Assembly (NCBI GenBank): GCA_016199625.1 | Contig: JACQGI010000013.1 | Location: 654 to 64,653 of the forward strand | Source of the DNA: Acidobacteriota bacterium | GTDB lineage: Bacteria; Acidobacteriota; Vicinamibacteria; Fen-336 | Direction: 5' to 3' | Length of the DNA: 64,000 bases | Part shown: one piece after another, positions 1 to 8,552 of the stretch | Layout: each line of letters starts with the position of its first letter | How positions within the stretch are numbered: position 1 is the stretch's first letter | Notes under the pieces: generated by a model | What the model was told of the DNA's origin: nothing | Databases searched by the model: none | The model's input: the letters and a program-made list of their open reading frames with translations, nothing else | Program-made: the position numbers and the translations under genes

Positions 1-434
1 CCTCCGATAAGGAGTCCCTTCTTGCCGCCGCCCTTCTTCTCCGCCGCCTTGGGCGCCGGGCTCTTCGCCGCCTCCTGTTTCGCCGCCTCGAAGACGTCGA
101 TGACCTTGGGCGGGAACTTGTCGGGGGAGAGGCTCAGGTCCTTGATTTGAGTCAAGGCCTCGCGGAACTTGGCCTTCGCCGCCGCCTCGTGCCCCTTGCC
201 CACGTAGGCAATGCCCAAGTAGAGGTAGGCCTGCGACAGGTCCTTGGTCTTCGCGGGATCCGGCGCCAAGCGTCGGGCTGCCGCGTCCAACGTGAGAATT
301 GCGGCGTCGTAGTCCCCTTCGTCCACCTGCTTCATCCCCTTGACGATCTCGGGGTCCACGGACGCAGACTGCGCCAAGCTCCCATTGGAACCGACGAGCA
401 ACACCACCAGCAGCAGAGACATCGCTCTGGACAT
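1..434 (-). CDS. secreted TPR-like protein, N-terminal part (gene runs off the left edge)
   Basis: Not in the ORF track because there is no stop in the window. My minus-strand translation from the ATG at 434..432 reads MSRAMSLLLVVLLVGSNGSLAQSASVDPEIVKGMKQVDEGDYDAAILTLDAAARRL...AYLYLGIAYVGKGHEAAAKAKFREAL. It has a signal-like N-terminus followed by TPR-like helices. Confidence 0.55.
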   Translation of the reverse strand, partial: MSRAMSLLLVVLLVGSNGSLAQSASVDPEIVKGMKQVDEGDYDAAILTLDAAARRLAPDPAKTKDLSQAYLYLGIAYVGKGHEAAAKAKFREALTQIKDLSLSPDKFPPKVIDVFEAAKQEAAKSPAPKAAEKKGGGKKGLLIG

Positions 435-509
435 GACCGATGACCTCCTGGGAAGACGGAGGGAGCATACGCCGCTGGTCCCGGCACGGCAAGTCGTCGC
501 TTCAGGCCC

Positions 510-1412
510 TCAGCCGCGGAAGCGTCGCGCCACGGCGCGTGCGACGAGGGCCACGATCTTACGGGCGCAAGCGCCGTCGGGGTCACGGTCGGCGTCGAAC
601 TCGGTCACCTCGAGGCCGACGACCCGGCGGGAGGCGAGGAGTGCCGTCAGGAGCTGCGCTGTTTCCTCGAGGCTGAGACCCGGTCCGGGGAGGAGGGGCT
701 CCTTGGCCGGCATCTCCACGGGGTCGATCACGTCGACGTCCAGATGGACGAGCACCGGTCCGTCGGCGTTCGCCACGGCATCGAGAGCCAGCGCGGCGGT
801 GGTCCGCATGCCGAGGCGCTTCGCAGCCGCGGCGGGCAGCGCCAAGCCCAGCTCCCCGAGGGCGACGCGCTCGCCGGGGTCGAGGGCGCGGTAGCCCACG
901 AGGGCCACGTGGTCCGCCGACAGGTCCGCGGCCGGACCGCGGGCCGACGCGAGGAGTTCGGGGCCGCGGCCCAGCGCCAGGGCGAGGGCCATGCCGTTCA
1001 GGTAGCCCGAGGGGGTCGTCTCGGGGGTGTTGAGGTCGGCGTCGGCGTCCAGAAAGACGAGACCGACGGGTTGCCCCAGGGCGCTCCGTGCCCCCGCCAC
1101 CGTCCCCGCCGCCAGCGAACAGTCGCCCCCGAGGACGAGAGCGAACCCCTCGGCGAGTGCGCGGGTCATCTCGTCGGCGGCCGCCCGCGCCGCGCACGCC
1201 GCCACCTCGACGTTCCGTGCGCGGGGATGCTCGGGGTCGTCGCGGAAGGGGAACAGCGAGAGGTCCGAGAGGTTGACCACCCGCGGCCCGGCGGCCCGCA
1301 TCGCCTCGAGGAGCCCGGCCTCGCGCAAGTGGAACGGCGCCCGAGCGAGTCCAGGCGACCGGCCCCCCGCCGCCGAGGGCACGCCAAAGACCGCCACCTT
1401 GCCCGACGACAT
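510..1412 (-). CDS. arginase/ureohydrolase-fold protein with non-canonical metal-site residues
   Basis: ORF 510..1502(-), trimmed to the ATG at 1412 (MSSGKVAVFGVP). It aligns by eye to arginases: LVLGGDCSLAAG (GGDHS motif), FLDADADLN (DAHxD), HLDVDVIDP (DxDxxDP). Confidence 0.8.
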   Translation of the reverse strand: MSSGKVAVFGVPSAAGGRSPGLARAPFHLREAGLLEAMRAAGPRVVNLSDLSLFPFRDDPEHPRARNVEVAACAARAAADEMTRALAEGFALVLGGDCSLAAGTVAGARSALGQPVGLVFLDADADLNTPETTPSGYLNGMALALALGRGPELLASARGPAADLSADHVALVGYRALDPGERVALGELGLALPAAAAKRLGMRTTAALALDAVANADGPVLVHLDVDVIDPVEMPAKEPLLPGPGLSLEETAQLLTALLASRRVVGLEVTEFDADRDPDGACARKIVALVARAVARRFRG

Positions 1413-1426
1413 CGCTGAAGTATAAT
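1399..1426 (+). promoter_or_regulatory. candidate sigma70 promoter for pepA
   Basis: TTGCCC (1399-1404), 16-nt spacer, perfect TATAAT (1421-1426). It lies 48 nt upstream of the pepA ATG, and a GAGGG Shine-Dalgarno (SD) element precedes the start. Confidence 0.4.
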
Positions 1427-1473
1427 CGGGACTCCGCTCGTCCGATCCGGCGCCACCGAAGCCACGAGGGTCC

Positions 1474-2961
1474 ATGAACATCAAGCTCACGTTCACTCCC
1501 ATTTCGCAGAACCCCGTCGACCTGCTGGTCGTCGTCCTCGACGAGGCGAAGCGCCTTCACCAGATCGACGACCCGGCTCTGGCCGCCCACGTCGCCCGCG
1601 CGGAGACGGGCTTCCGGGAAAAGACCTTGAAGCGCGAGTACTTCGCCACTCTCTCCGAAGGGGCACTCGCGCGCGCGGTTGTCGTCTACTGGAGCGGGCA
1701 CCTCAAGAGCTGGAACCTCTGGGAGAACCTCAAGACGTTCACGGCCCGCGCGTTGCGCCTGGCCCGCGACTACCACCTGTCGCGGGTGGGCCTCCTCTTG
1801 AACGCCGAGGAGGCCGCGCCCCTTCTGGGCAAGGCCGTCGAGGGGGCGGTGGTGGGCGCGTACACCTTCGACAAGTACAAGCAGGAGAAGGACGACTTCC
1901 TCTCACGGGCCGCGCAGCTCGTCGTGTTCGTCCACCCCGATCATCGCGCCGATGCCGAGGCGCGGAAGGCCCGCTACGCCTGGGTCTCGGAGAACGTGAA
2001 CCTTTCCCGCGACCTCATCAACGAGCCCGGCTCGGTGGTGACGCCCGAGTTCCTCGCCGACCGCGCCGCCGAGATCGCCAAGGAGGTGGAGCTCGAGATC
2101 GAGATCCTCGACCCCGCGGGCCTCGAGGCCCGAGGCTACGAGGGGATCCGGCGGGTGGGACAGGGCAGCGCTCACCCGCCGCGCATGGTGATCCTGCGCC
2201 ACGTGCCCGCGAAGGCTTCGAAGGAGACCCTCGCCCTGGTCGGCAAGGGGATCACCTTCGACTCAGGCGGCATCTCGCTGAAGCCGGGGGATCGTATGTG
2301 GGAGATGAAGGGCGACATGGCCGGCGCAGCCGCCGTCCTTTGCGCCCTTCGCGCCCTCGGCAAGCTGCGCCCCGACGTGAAGGTCGTAGGGATCCTCTGC
2401 TGCGCCGAGAACTTCCCCGACGCCAACGCCCAGCGCCCCGGAGACATCTTCACGGCACGGAACGGCAAGTCGATCATGGTGGACAACACCGACGCCGAGG
2501 GGCGCCTCGTCCTGACCGACGGGCTGTATCGCGCGGGCGAGGAGGGCGCCACCCACGTCGTGGACATCGCGACTCTGACCGGGGCCGTGGTTCGGGCCCT
2601 GGGCCCGAGCGTCGCCGGGGTCCTGGGCACAGACCGGGACCTGATCCGCCGGGTGATCCACTCGGGCGAGAACCACGGCGAGGTCTTCTGGGAGCTGCCT
2701 CTCGTCGACGAATATCGCGAGTCGCTCAAGACGCCGTACGCCGACCTCAACAACATCGCCGCCGCCGGCCTCGCAGGTGCCATCACGGCGGGGCTGTTCC
2801 TCCGGGAGTTCGTGCCCGAGAAGGCGGCGTGGGCGCACCTCGACATCGCCGGCCCCATGTTCCGGGACAAGGACTGGAAGTACTACGAGGCCGGCGCTAT
2901 CGGCTTCGGTGTGAAGACGCTGGTGGACCTCTGCGAGCGCTTCCATGATCCTCTCGCCTGA
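1474..2961 (+). CDS. pepA: leucyl aminopeptidase, M17 family
   Basis: 495-aa ORF with the M17 signature NTDAEGRLVLTD, plus VGKGITFDSGGISLKP and DMAGAAAV. Confidence 0.9.
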   Translation: MNIKLTFTPISQNPVDLLVVVLDEAKRLHQIDDPALAAHVARAETGFREKTLKREYFATLSEGALARAVVVYWSGHLKSWNLWENLKTFTARALRLARDYHLSRVGLLLNAEEAAPLLGKAVEGAVVGAYTFDKYKQEKDDFLSRAAQLVVFVHPDHRADAEARKARYAWVSENVNLSRDLINEPGSVVTPEFLADRAAEIAKEVELEIEILDPAGLEARGYEGIRRVGQGSAHPPRMVILRHVPAKASKETLALVGKGITFDSGGISLKPGDRMWEMKGDMAGAAAVLCALRALGKLRPDVKVVGILCCAENFPDANAQRPGDIFTARNGKSIMVDNTDAEGRLVLTDGLYRAGEEGATHVVDIATLTGAVVRALGPSVAGVLGTDRDLIRRVIHSGENHGEVFWELPLVDEYRESLKTPYADLNNIAAAGLAGAITAGLFLREFVPEKAAWAHLDIAGPMFRDKDWKYYEAGAIGFGVKTLVDLCERFHDPLA

Positions 2962-3400
2962 GCGGGTCAGCTTCGACCGGATCACCGACTTCGTCTACGT
3001 CGGCTCGAGGATCGCCTCTCTCGACGACTATCACCGGCTGCGGGCGCAGGGCGTGCGGGCCTGCGTCGACATGAAGCACGAGGGGGCCGATCCCTGGACC
3101 TTCGAGGCCTTCCTCTGGCTCCCCACGGTGGACCACGATCCCCCGAGCCAGGTGCATTTCCAGATGGGGGTCGCGTTCCTGCGGCAGTGCGAACGGGCGC
3201 GGATGCCCGCCTTCGTCCACTGCATGGCCGGTGTGGGACGCTCTTCGGCTCTGGTCCTCGCTCATCTGCTGGCCGGGCCCTTCCGGGAAAGGGGCACGCG
3301 CCCGGCCCTGGATTTTCTCTGCGCCCGGCGCCCCGTGGCCAACCCGAATCCGGAGCAGGTCGAGGCCGCCGAGCGCGCCGCCCGCAGTTTCGTCGGCTGA
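2945..3400 (+). CDS. dual-specificity (Cys-based) protein phosphatase
   Basis: 151 aa. The active-site loop HCMAGVGRSS matches HCxxGxxR(S/T). It overlaps the pepA 3' end by 17 nt. Confidence 0.8.
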   Translation: MILSPERVSFDRITDFVYVGSRIASLDDYHRLRAQGVRACVDMKHEGADPWTFEAFLWLPTVDHDPPSQVHFQMGVAFLRQCERARMPAFVHCMAGVGRSSALVLAHLLAGPFRERGTRPALDFLCARRPVANPNPEQVEAAERAARSFVG

Positions 3401-3402
3401 GC

Positions 3403-4608
3403 CTACTCGTGCCTCAGGGCGTCCATGGGCTCGAGGTGCGCGGCGTGCCAGGCGGGGTAGAAGCCGAAGCCGATCCCCACGGCGAGGGCCGTCAGGAGCG
3501 CCAGCAGCAGCATCAGCGGCGAAAGCGCCGTGGGCCAGCCCGCCAGGCTCTGGATGACCCCGGAGCCCACGATGCCGCCGACCGCACCGATGACGCCGCC
3601 GCAGGCCGTCAGGAGCGACGACTCCACGAGGAACTGGGCCGCCACGTCACGACGTGCGGCGCCCAGCGCCCGGCGGATACCCACCTCCCGCGTGCGCTCG
3701 GCGACGCTCGCCAGCATGATGTTCATGATGCCGATCCCGCCCACCAGTAGGCTGATGGCGGCGACGGCCCCCGTGACCACGTTGAAGATCCTCTGGGTGC
3801 GCTCCTTCTGCCGGAGGATCTCCCGGGGAACGATGACCTCGAATCCCGTCGCCCCCGTGGTGCGCCGGACGAGGGAGCGGACGACCTCGGCCGACGCGGT
3901 GACGTGGCGGGCGTCATCGACGCGCAGCACGATCTCGTCGATGCCGTCGGGCCGCGGGTCCGTTCCCCGGTCGAGGGAGGGCAGGGGGACGAAGACGGCG
4001 CGATTGACGTCCCGCGTGCGGATGGGACCGGTCTTGCCCTTCGGGCTGGCCCGGCCTTCGAGGACCCCCACGACGAAGAACCAGTCCCCTCCCACGAGGA
4101 CGCGCTCGCCGACCGCGGGACCCAGGGGGAACAGGGCGCGGGCCACGCCGGCCCCGAGGACCGCGACGCGCTTGCGGTCGCGGAGATCCAGGTCGGTGAG
4201 GAAACGGCCTGCGGCGAGGGCGAGGCGGGCGGCGACGCGATAGCCGGGCGTCGTGCCCACGGCCATGGCGTCGCTGCGGCGTCCGGCGGCCTCGACGCCG
4301 ACGGTCACTTCCCGGACCGGCGCCACCCCTACGACGTGGGGCACGACCTCCCCCACAGCCTCGGCGTCACGCAGGCGCAACGCTCCCGGAGACCCCTTCG
4401 CGCTGGCGGGCCGGGCGCGGACCGTGACGGAGTCGATCCCCAGGGCTCCCACCTGCTGGAGGGCTTCGCGCCGGGCCCCCTCGCCGACGGACGACATGGC
4501 CACGACCGCCGCTACGCCGAACACGACGCCCAGGATCGAGAGCGTGGAGCGGAGCTTGTGGAGCAGCAGGCTCCGGACGCCGAGCCGGAGCAGCACCTGC
4601 GGCGACAC
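3403..4608 (-). CDS. ABC transporter permease, MacB/FtsX type
   Basis: C-terminal part of ORF 3403..4932(-). The GTG at 4608 shares one nt with the TAG stop of the upstream ATPase. Sequence VVSPQVLLRLGVRSLLLHKLRSTLSILGVVFGVAAV..., with an FtsX-like C-terminus (RTREVGIRRALGA). Confidence 0.85.
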   Translation of the reverse strand: MSPQVLLRLGVRSLLLHKLRSTLSILGVVFGVAAVVAMSSVGEGARREALQQVGALGIDSVTVRARPASAKGSPGALRLRDAEAVGEVVPHVVGVAPVREVTVGVEAAGRRSDAMAVGTTPGYRVAARLALAAGRFLTDLDLRDRKRVAVLGAGVARALFPLGPAVGERVLVGGDWFFVVGVLEGRASPKGKTGPIRTRDVNRAVFVPLPSLDRGTDPRPDGIDEIVLRVDDARHVTASAEVVRSLVRRTTGATGFEVIVPREILRQKERTQRIFNVVTGAVAAISLLVGGIGIMNIMLASVAERTREVGIRRALGAARRDVAAQFLVESSLLTACGGVIGAVGGIVGSGVIQSLAGWPTALSPLMLLLALLTALAVGIGFGFYPAWHAAHLEPMDALRHE

Positions 4609-5297
4609 TACGGCCGGCCCTCGCCCTCGACGCGACCGTCCCTGAGGCGGACGAGGCGCTGGGCGCGCCGGGCGAGGCCCTCGTTGTGGGTCACGAGGAT
4701 CACCGTGCGCCCCTCGGAGTGGAGGTCGTGGAGCAGGCCCGCGATCTCCTCCCCAGTGGCGGAGTCCAGGTTGCCCGTCGGCTCGTCGGCGAGGAGGATG
4801 CGCGGCTGGGTCACCAGGGCGCGCGCCACCGCAGCGCGCTGGGCCTCGCCTCCCGAGAGCTCCGAGGGCCGGTGGTCCGCGCGATGCGAAAGGCCCACCC
4901 GGGCGAGGCAGGCGAGGGCCCGGGGGCGCCACTCCTCGGCGGGGACGTCTCCGTAGAGCAGGGGCGTCTCGACGTTCTCGAGGACCGTGAGCTGGGGGAT
5001 CAAGTGGAAGGACTGGAAGACGAAGCCGATGGAGCGGTTCCGGATCCGGGAGAGGGCCTCGTCCGACAGCTCGGCGACCGCAACGCCGCCGAGGAAGTAG
5101 GCACCGTGCGTGGGCCTGTCGAGGCAGCCGAGGATCGCCAGGAGAGTGGACTTTCCCGAGCCGGAGGGCCCCATGACGGAGACGAACTCTGCACGGGCCA
5201 CCTCCAGGCTCACGCCCTCGAGGGCCCGCACGGCCTGACTGCCCCGCGGGTAGGACTTGCCCACGTCCTCGAGGCGCACGATCCCCGCGTCGCTCAC
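4608..5297 (-). CDS. ABC transporter ATP-binding protein (MacB/LolD-like)
   Basis: C-terminal 229 aa of ORF 4608..6893(-). Walker A GPSGSGKST, signature LSGGEAQR, Walker B ILLADEPT. The GTG at 5297 overlaps the upstream stop (GTGA). Confidence 0.9.
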   Translation of the reverse strand: MSDAGIVRLEDVGKSYPRGSQAVRALEGVSLEVARAEFVSVMGPSGSGKSTLLAILGCLDRPTHGAYFLGGVAVAELSDEALSRIRNRSIGFVFQSFHLIPQLTVLENVETPLLYGDVPAEEWRPRALACLARVGLSHRADHRPSELSGGEAQRAAVARALVTQPRILLADEPTGNLDSATGEEIAGLLHDLHSEGRTVILVTHNEGLARRAQRLVRLRDGRVEGEGRP

Positions 5298-6913
5298 GGA
5301 TCGCCGCGGCCGCCCGCGCCGCGAAGCGTCCAGGCTCCGCCCCGCCGCGCGAAGAGCAGCGTCTCCGAAACGGGCGTTCCGGCGCTTCCGCGACCGCCGA
5401 GGATGACGTCCGTGGACAGGATCGGGACCGCGGCCTCGTCCCCGCGCACGACCACGTCCAGGATCCGCACGTCGGTGGCGGCGTTCAGGGCGCCGACGAA
5501 GGGGGCGAGGCGCCGGTGGCGCTCGGCGGCGCTCATGTCGGGCCGCGCCTGGGCCAGGAGCGCGGCGTCGGCGCGCTCGAGGGCGCGAGCGTAGGCCCCA
5601 ACGGTCGCCTCGATGGCCCCGCGCAGACCCGGCTCTACGGCGTCGAGAGGACCGGTGGGCGCCACGGCCAGAGTCGCCATCGGCCCGGCCGCCGCCGTCG
5701 GAGGGGGCGTCGCCGCGGACGGTACCGGTGTCGGCCGCGTCCCGGGGCCGCCGCGTCCCGCCACGAGGATGACGCCGACGGTTACGGCGGCCGCCCCCGC
5801 GAGGACGAAGCCCATGGGCGTCCCCCGCCGGCGTGTCCGGGGGAGCAGGACCTCCTGGGGGATGGACCGGCCCGTGGGCGCGCGCCGTTCGATCCGGGCC
5901 GCTGCGGCGATGTCCGGCACCGGCCGCGGCGCCGGTGACGGTGAAGCGGGAGACGGCGTCCGGATCGCCGCGAGCGCAATCACCGGGGGCGGGTCCGGTG
6001 CCGCAGCGACGGGTGCGGACCGTGGACCGCCCGGCCGGGCGAGCCACACCCGCCGGACTTCCTGGACCGCGGCCTGCGCCCGCGCGTTGTCCGGATCTTC
6101 CCGCAGGACCGCTCGAAGAATCCGCAGGCTCTCGTCGAAGCGCCCCCCCCCGAGGAGCTCCAGCCCTGCGCGCACCTGTGAGCCCAGGGCGTAGCGCCGG
6201 CCGCGCTCGCGCTCGAGGGAGTCGATCGATCCCTGGACCTCCTTGAGGAGCGCCAGCAGCTCCGGGTCGTCGGGCACGAGTCGGAGCCCGCGCCGCAAGG
6301 CGAACACCGCCTTCCCGGACCATCCGGCGGCCAGCGCCGTGCGGGCGGCCGCCAGGGTCTGGCGGGCTTGGGACCGGGCGAGGGCCAGGAGCTCCCGTTC
6401 CGCCTCGGCCTCGGCGGTCCCCGCGCCGAGTCGCCGATCCTTCAGCCTTCCGAAGAGCTCGAGCGCCTTCGCGTGGTCGGGGACCAGCTTCAGGGCCGAG
6501 CCCACGATACGCTCGGCGCTCGCGAACTCCCCGCGCTCGAGGAGCCCTTCGGCCTCGCGGAGCCGAGACTCGAGCTTCTCGCGGCGCCGTCCGCGGAGCA
6601 GCTCGCGCCGGGCGCGGTCGTAGAGGGCGCGAGCCGTCAGGCTGTCGGGCCGGTCCTTGATCGCCTTCGAGACGAGGACGACGGCCCTCTCGGCCGCGCC
6701 GCGGGCAAGGCACTCCTCGGCCTCGAAGAGGGCCAGGCCCAGCGCCCGGTCGCGCTCGTCGGCCGGCCCGACTTCGGCGGCGCGGGGTTCGACCGCAGCG
6801 GAGGAACCCTGGGGCCGGAGCGCGTCGGCCGCCGGCGCACAGTAGGGGCACTGCTGAGTCACGACGTCGAGCTCGGCGCCACAGTTGGCGCACTGGGCGA
6901 CGCGTGTCTCCAT
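5294..6913 (-). CDS. membrane-anchored protein: N-terminal zinc ribbon, TPR-like helices, one TM, NTF2/SnoaL-like C-terminus
   Basis: ORF 5294..6916(-). It contains CANCGAELDVVTQQCPYC (CxxC-N10-CxxC), TPR-like repeats, the TM segment GFVLAGAAAVTVGVILVA, and a C-terminal alpha+beta-like domain. Start is the ATG at 6913 or the GTG at 6916. Confidence 0.65.
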   Translation of the reverse strand: METRVAQCANCGAELDVVTQQCPYCAPAADALRPQGSSAAVEPRAAEVGPADERDRALGLALFEAEECLARGAAERAVVLVSKAIKDRPDSLTARALYDRARRELLRGRRREKLESRLREAEGLLERGEFASAERIVGSALKLVPDHAKALELFGRLKDRRLGAGTAEAEAERELLALARSQARQTLAAARTALAAGWSGKAVFALRRGLRLVPDDPELLALLKEVQGSIDSLERERGRRYALGSQVRAGLELLGGGRFDESLRILRAVLREDPDNARAQAAVQEVRRVWLARPGGPRSAPVAAAPDPPPVIALAAIRTPSPASPSPAPRPVPDIAAAARIERRAPTGRSIPQEVLLPRTRRRGTPMGFVLAGAAAVTVGVILVAGRGGPGTRPTPVPSAATPPPTAAAGPMATLAVAPTGPLDAVEPGLRGAIEATVGAYARALERADAALLAQARPDMSAAERHRRLAPFVGALNAATDVRILDVVVRGDEAAVPILSTDVILGGRGSAGTPVSETLLFARRGGAWTLRGAGGRGDP

Positions 6914-6935
6914 CACACGAGGTCCAGAGGCGGCA

Positions 6936-8552
6936 TCACTGGGAAGTCAGGGAGCCGAAGTCCGAGGGTGGGGCCCCGGGCTCCCTCAGACACACCCGAT
7001 CGCCCCCGCTGAGCCCCTTCTCCACGATCACGAAGTCCTGGTTCGACGGCCCCAGCACGACATCCCGGGGGCGGACGTGCCTCCCGGCGACCAGATAGCA
7101 GACCGTCCGCCCCTCGTGCTCGAAGACGGCCTCGAGCGGGACCGACAGGGCCAGCGCGCGCTCCTCCACCTGGATCTCGACGTGGGCGGTCATGCCCGGC
7201 CTGAGGCGCGGATCGGACTCGTTCACGAGGATCGTCACGCCGAAGAACTTCGTTCCGCGCCGCTCGCGTTCCTCCTGGGCGAGGGTGCCGATGAGAGAGA
7301 CGGTGCCCGTGAGCTTCAGGTCGGGATAGGCCTCGACACGGACGGAGACTCGCTGGTTCTTCTCCACCTTGTGGATGTCCGTCTCCCGCACCTTGGTCTC
7401 CACGACCATCTTCGAGATGTCCGGGAGGATCAGCAGGGGTTGGTTCGCCCAAACCTGGTCGCCCACCTGGGGCTTGCGCTGCTCGGAGCCGAAGAAGACC
7501 TCCCGATAGACGACGATGCCCGGGACGTCGGCCCGGACCTCGGTCCTCGCGAGCTGCTGTTGGGCGAGAGCGAGCTTGCTCGCGGTTTCCTGGATCCGGC
7601 TGTCCGCCCCAGCTATCTCGGCACGCTTCTGCTCGACCTTGTGGGTGGCCTCCTCCCGGGCCTGGCGGACGCTCTCCTTGGTGAGGAGGGCGTTGCTGCG
7701 GGCCTGAGAGACTTCGAGGGGGCGGCCGTAGTTCATGAGCGAGTCGCGGCGGCGTTGGGCGAGACGCAGGTCCTCCCGGGCCTTGGCCACCTGCTGGTCG
7801 GCCTTCTCGAGCTCGAGCTTGGTGATGAACCCCTCGGCGAGGAGCGGGCGCAGGTCCTCGAGGGCGCTCTCGGCCTTCTTGAGCTCCCGCTCGGCCTGGG
7901 TCACCGCGGCCACGGTCTCCTCCTCCTTGAGTTTGCCCTTGCCCTCCTCGATGTCCTTGAGCTCGAGGTCCGTTCGTTCGGCGTCCTGCCTGGCCTTGGC
8001 GAGCTTCTCCTGGTTCTCGATGAGTTGGAGCTTGTAGCCCTGCTTCGCCTTCTCGAGTTCCGCCTGGGCCTGCTCGAGGGCGGCCTGGTTCCTGCGGATC
8101 TCCTCCTCGAAGGGGGCGGCGTCGAACAGGATGAGCAGGTCGCCCTTCTGGACCAGCTTGCCCTCGGGGGCGAGGGCTACGATCTTGGCCTGGTTGCTCT
8201 GGATGTTCGAGGCGTACGTGACCGAGCGCAAGGCCTGAAGCGTTCCGGTCTCCACGATCGTGATGTGGAACGGCCCCTCGCGCACCGTCGCGGTGGCGAT
8301 CCCTGCCGCCGGGTCGCTCCCTCCCCACATCACCACCAGGGGCCCAAGGACGGCGAGGGCGAACGCCGCAGCCGCCACCCGCGGCCGGCGCCGGGCCGCC
8401 GCGAGGGCTTCGTGGAGGGAATCGGCGGTCCAGGCCTCCCGGCGCAGCCACGGTCGGAGGCCTTCGCCGACACGACGGACGGCTTCGGCGAGGCGCTCGG
8501 CGGCCTGGGTCAGAGCCCGTCGGGCCGCGAGGGCGAGGGCGGCGGAGCTCAC
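6936..8552 (-). CDS. HlyD/MacA-type periplasmic adaptor (membrane fusion protein)
   Basis: C-terminal 538 aa of ORF 6936..10031(-). The GTG at 8552 overlaps the tolC-like stop (GTGA). It has a TM anchor, a long coiled coil (EEEIRRNQAALEQAQAELEKAK...) and a beta-barrel C-terminus. Confidence 0.85.
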   Translation of the reverse strand: MSSAALALAARRALTQAAERLAEAVRRVGEGLRPWLRREAWTADSLHEALAAARRRPRVAAAAFALAVLGPLVVMWGGSDPAAGIATATVREGPFHITIVETGTLQALRSVTYASNIQSNQAKIVALAPEGKLVQKGDLLILFDAAPFEEEIRRNQAALEQAQAELEKAKQGYKLQLIENQEKLAKARQDAERTDLELKDIEEGKGKLKEEETVAAVTQAERELKKAESALEDLRPLLAEGFITKLELEKADQQVAKAREDLRLAQRRRDSLMNYGRPLEVSQARSNALLTKESVRQAREEATHKVEQKRAEIAGADSRIQETASKLALAQQQLARTEVRADVPGIVVYREVFFGSEQRKPQVGDQVWANQPLLILPDISKMVVETKVRETDIHKVEKNQRVSVRVEAYPDLKLTGTVSLIGTLAQEERERRGTKFFGVTILVNESDPRLRPGMTAHVEIQVEERALALSVPLEAVFEHEGRTVCYLVAGRHVRPRDVVLGPSNQDFVIVEKGLSGGDRVCLREPGAPPSDFGSLTSQ

